Shown one piece after another: positions 61,188 through 64,000 of a DNA stretch of 64,000 nucleotides (position 1 is the stretch's first letter; each line of letters opens with the position of its first letter). A program made the translations under genes and the position numbers. Source of the DNA: Curvularia clavata. Taxonomy: Eukaryota. Location: assembly GCA_023920165.1 (NCBI GenBank), contig CP089274.1, forward strand, positions 744,001-808,000, in the 5' to 3' direction. Below the pieces are notes generated by a model. It worked only from the letters and a program-made list of their open reading frames with translations, was not told the DNA's origin and searched no databases.

Positions 61188-64000
61188 TCATCCATTCCTC
61201 AAATTCGCCAACCTCCCTCCAACAAGACTGGGACTACCAGCCCTGGAGCGAATCTTCGGTTGCGGCGTGACACTCGTACCCCTCGTCCCTACGCCCTGTC
61301 TGCCCTGACTCTTCAGCCTCGTCACTTCCTCTTCCTTGTTCTGCAGTGCCTTTTTGACGATACCCAGTTCTGCTTTCAGCGACATGATGAACTTGTTTTG
61401 GGTCTCGAAGCTGCGGTCGATATGCATGCTCTTGAGCTTGGCTGCCTCGCCCGAAGCAGCGTGCGTCAGTTTGGCGACTTGGGCTTCGAGCTCGGTAATA
61501 CGCGTATTAGCTGTGGCTGCAGCTTTTTGCGCGTCTTGGTACGCGGTGCGTGTGTATTCGAGCATGTTGTCTGTTGCGGTTGAGTTTTTGATGGCTTTAT
61601 CTCTTTCTTGTTGCATGGTGGCGAGGTCTTTGCGGAGCTTGGTGATCTCGATGATTTGTTGGTCGGGAGAGAGGAGATGGGTTGTGCGTAGTTCCTTGAG
61701 CTGCTTCTCTAATTCGCGCATCTCAGAAGTGCGCGACGTGAGACGTTCTGTAAGTGTGGTGTTATTCTCCTGCAGTGTCTCGAGTCTTTTTTCTGCAGCC
61801 TGCTGTTTTCCCATCAAGACACGATAGTCACGCGCGAGGTTTTCGTGTACCGTCTGCTGCCTGTCCCACATCTCCTCATGTTCAAGAAAACGTCTTTGCT
61901 CAGCTTTGCGTGCTTCGCGTTCGACACGATACATATCCTCGAACTGAGCCAGCCGTTTCTGCAAGTTGGATTCATGTTCTGTGGTACCAGGCATGGAATC
62001 ACTGATACGTGTGACTTCGTTATCTTGATCCATGCCGGAGTTTTGAGTCGTCTGTGGCTGGGGCGTAAACCGCATACGCTTGGCAGGATCCAACTCCTCT
62101 TCATCCTAGACACATGTTATTGGTGATGGTCCTGGTAACTTGTGACGATGATACTTACTGCCAAAGGCCGCTTAATACGTTCAGGCATACGAGAATTCGC
62201 CAAGGGCTGTGACATTTGCGTCTGATACTCGATGACATCCTTGATACTGCCAATGGATGGTATCGGCCAGCTCAACTCAGCGCCCTCTGTCGTGTCCATG
62301 ATCCATTCAGCCACCAAAGACGCACAAACAGTGTCTCGTGGTGTATTTTCATCGATGGCTTTACCAATATCTGGGCGAACATGTGCCAGACTTGCTAGGA
62401 TGGTGTGGATCCGCTCTACCGCATTCAGGCTGGGAGATATGTAACGCTCAATGTGCCCAACAGTCCTGGGAATCACAAGATGAATCACGGGTATGACCTG
62501 GCGTTCGGGAGACACTGCCCAGTTTTGTTTGCGGATCTGTGTCGCTTCTTGAAAGCCATCAAGGCAAATGATAAGGTCGGCAGGACGTATGATATCGGGC
62601 GCATTGTTCGGAATAATGGTAACTAGCAAGTTTCCTTCGGCTTTTGCAGGATCGGGTTGAATGCCTCTTGTCGGCATGTTGTAGTTGATGTTCTTGGCTT
62701 TGCAGAAAGTGTCAAGAATCTGGAAGAGTGCGTCATCATCCTTCTCGGTAACCACCACGACATGCTTCGGAGCGCCAGAATCTCGTATATCGCCGAACAG
62801 CTTATGTAGAAATCTGAACTTGGTTGAATTATCCATACCGAACTGGGCGGCATGTGCAGATTGCGTCATGGACATTTCATCATTTAAGAAGCATGACTCG
62901 GCCTCAGCAAAGACCAGGTCGATGTGTGTCTCTATTGCGCGGAGGTATGATAAAATCTCTTCCATTTGCGAGATCGGCTTTACGCTGTGTGGATCTTTGA
63001 GAAATTGCTCCAAAATGTCCTTCTTAAGTGCAATGTGCTGAGTGTACATGTCACTTTGTCGACCTTGAATGAAGAGAGGTACGATGAACTCTTGCTCTGC
63101 TAGTTGCAAATCATCGTTGAGGAGACTTTCGCTGTCTTCATCGTCTGCATCACTAACGTCCATGTCATCAGAGCCAGCATGTGGGTGTGCCTCAGGCGCT
63201 GTGGAACCAGCATCTTCGGCTTCAGCGGGTTCGGGATGAACACCGGATAGCGATACCATAGTCTCGTCTTGCGGAGATGCTGCTCGAGGAGCATATACAA
63301 CGGTCCTCAGTGAAGTGGGCACTTGTACAGCCGGAGAACGATCTGGCACAGTCGAGGGCGATCGTGTACCTTCTTGTTCAGCTGCCCTTGACAGTCTGCT
63401 CGCCGCAGCGGGAGCAGTGGGTCCCTCTGCTGCTGGTACAGATGGCGTGACAGATGACCTGGGAGTCCGCTTTCTTGGAGTGAAAGGGTTCTCGGCCCTA
63501 TGCTTAGCTAAAGCCTCTTCCATCTGTCGCTTGATAATGTCTGCGGTGCTTTCACTGGCCATATTGGATGCAGACGATATTGAGGCAGGTGTGCAGGGTC
63601 TTGAGGGAAGTCCTGACTCTTGCGTTTTGAGTGAGTAGCTTGGCGGATGCGGGACTGGTGACGAACTGTGAGATATGATCCTTGATAACTGCTCTGGTGT
63701 CTCCTGTGAGGAGTCGTGACGCGATTCTGGACTCGCCCTATCTTCGGTACAATCCTTTTCAACAGTGGACCGTATGCTGTCAACTGTTTCTTCCTGGGTA
63801 CTCAGGACAGCCTCCAAAGCTACGACCTGCGCGTGCTGCTCAGGCTCGTCCAAGGAATCAAAGGATTGGCGGCGTTCTCCTGATGCCGGCGGCGAGTTGC
63901 GAACAGACTTTGATATCGACAATACCTCGGGACAATTATTGTTTCGGGGTTGACTGTGCGCTGGTAATGTGACTGATTGGTGTGGTGAATCGTAAGACAA
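61188..64000 (-). CDS. HDA1 complex subunit 2/3-like protein with C-terminal coiled coil (5'-partial); intron 62106-62158
   Basis: Disordered S/P-rich region, then EFIVPL...IETHIDL...STKFRFL...ADLIICLD...VIPVIHLV (a helicase-C-like Hda2/3 domain). It is spliced in frame to a long coiled-coil exon. Confidence 0.65.

Overview
This window is gene-dense eukaryotic DNA from a filamentous ascomycete: short GT-AG introns with CTRAC/CTAAY branch points and Pezizomycotina-type genes. A Dothideomycete is plausible but cannot be shown from the sequence. I can support about 24 protein-coding genes. The conserved housekeeping set is UGO1, VPS54, a GCK/Ste20 kinase, TIM22, NOB1, WDR83/MORG1, pICln/Lot5, an ENA-type Na+/K+ ATPase and an Hda2/3-like protein. 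Metabolic and secreted genes include a P450, an SDR, a PTH11-like membrane protein, a histidine acid phosphatase/phytase and a GH92 mannosidase. Two blocks look accessory. The first (about 8.9-17 kb) is the most interesting. It has an NACHT-ankyrin NLR with near-identical 102-nt repeats, then an intron-containing nucleotidyltransferase carrying all four motifs of the bacterial AbiEii/MenT toxin family, then a convergent degenerate homolog of the same fold, then an apparently truncated orphan. This is a candidate fungal immunity or allorecognition module. The second block (about 35.5-43.3 kb) holds a lone terpene cyclase, a probable decayed gene and an orphan. I found no tRNA, rRNA, CRISPR or intact transposon. 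All family calls come from motif recognition, not database searches.
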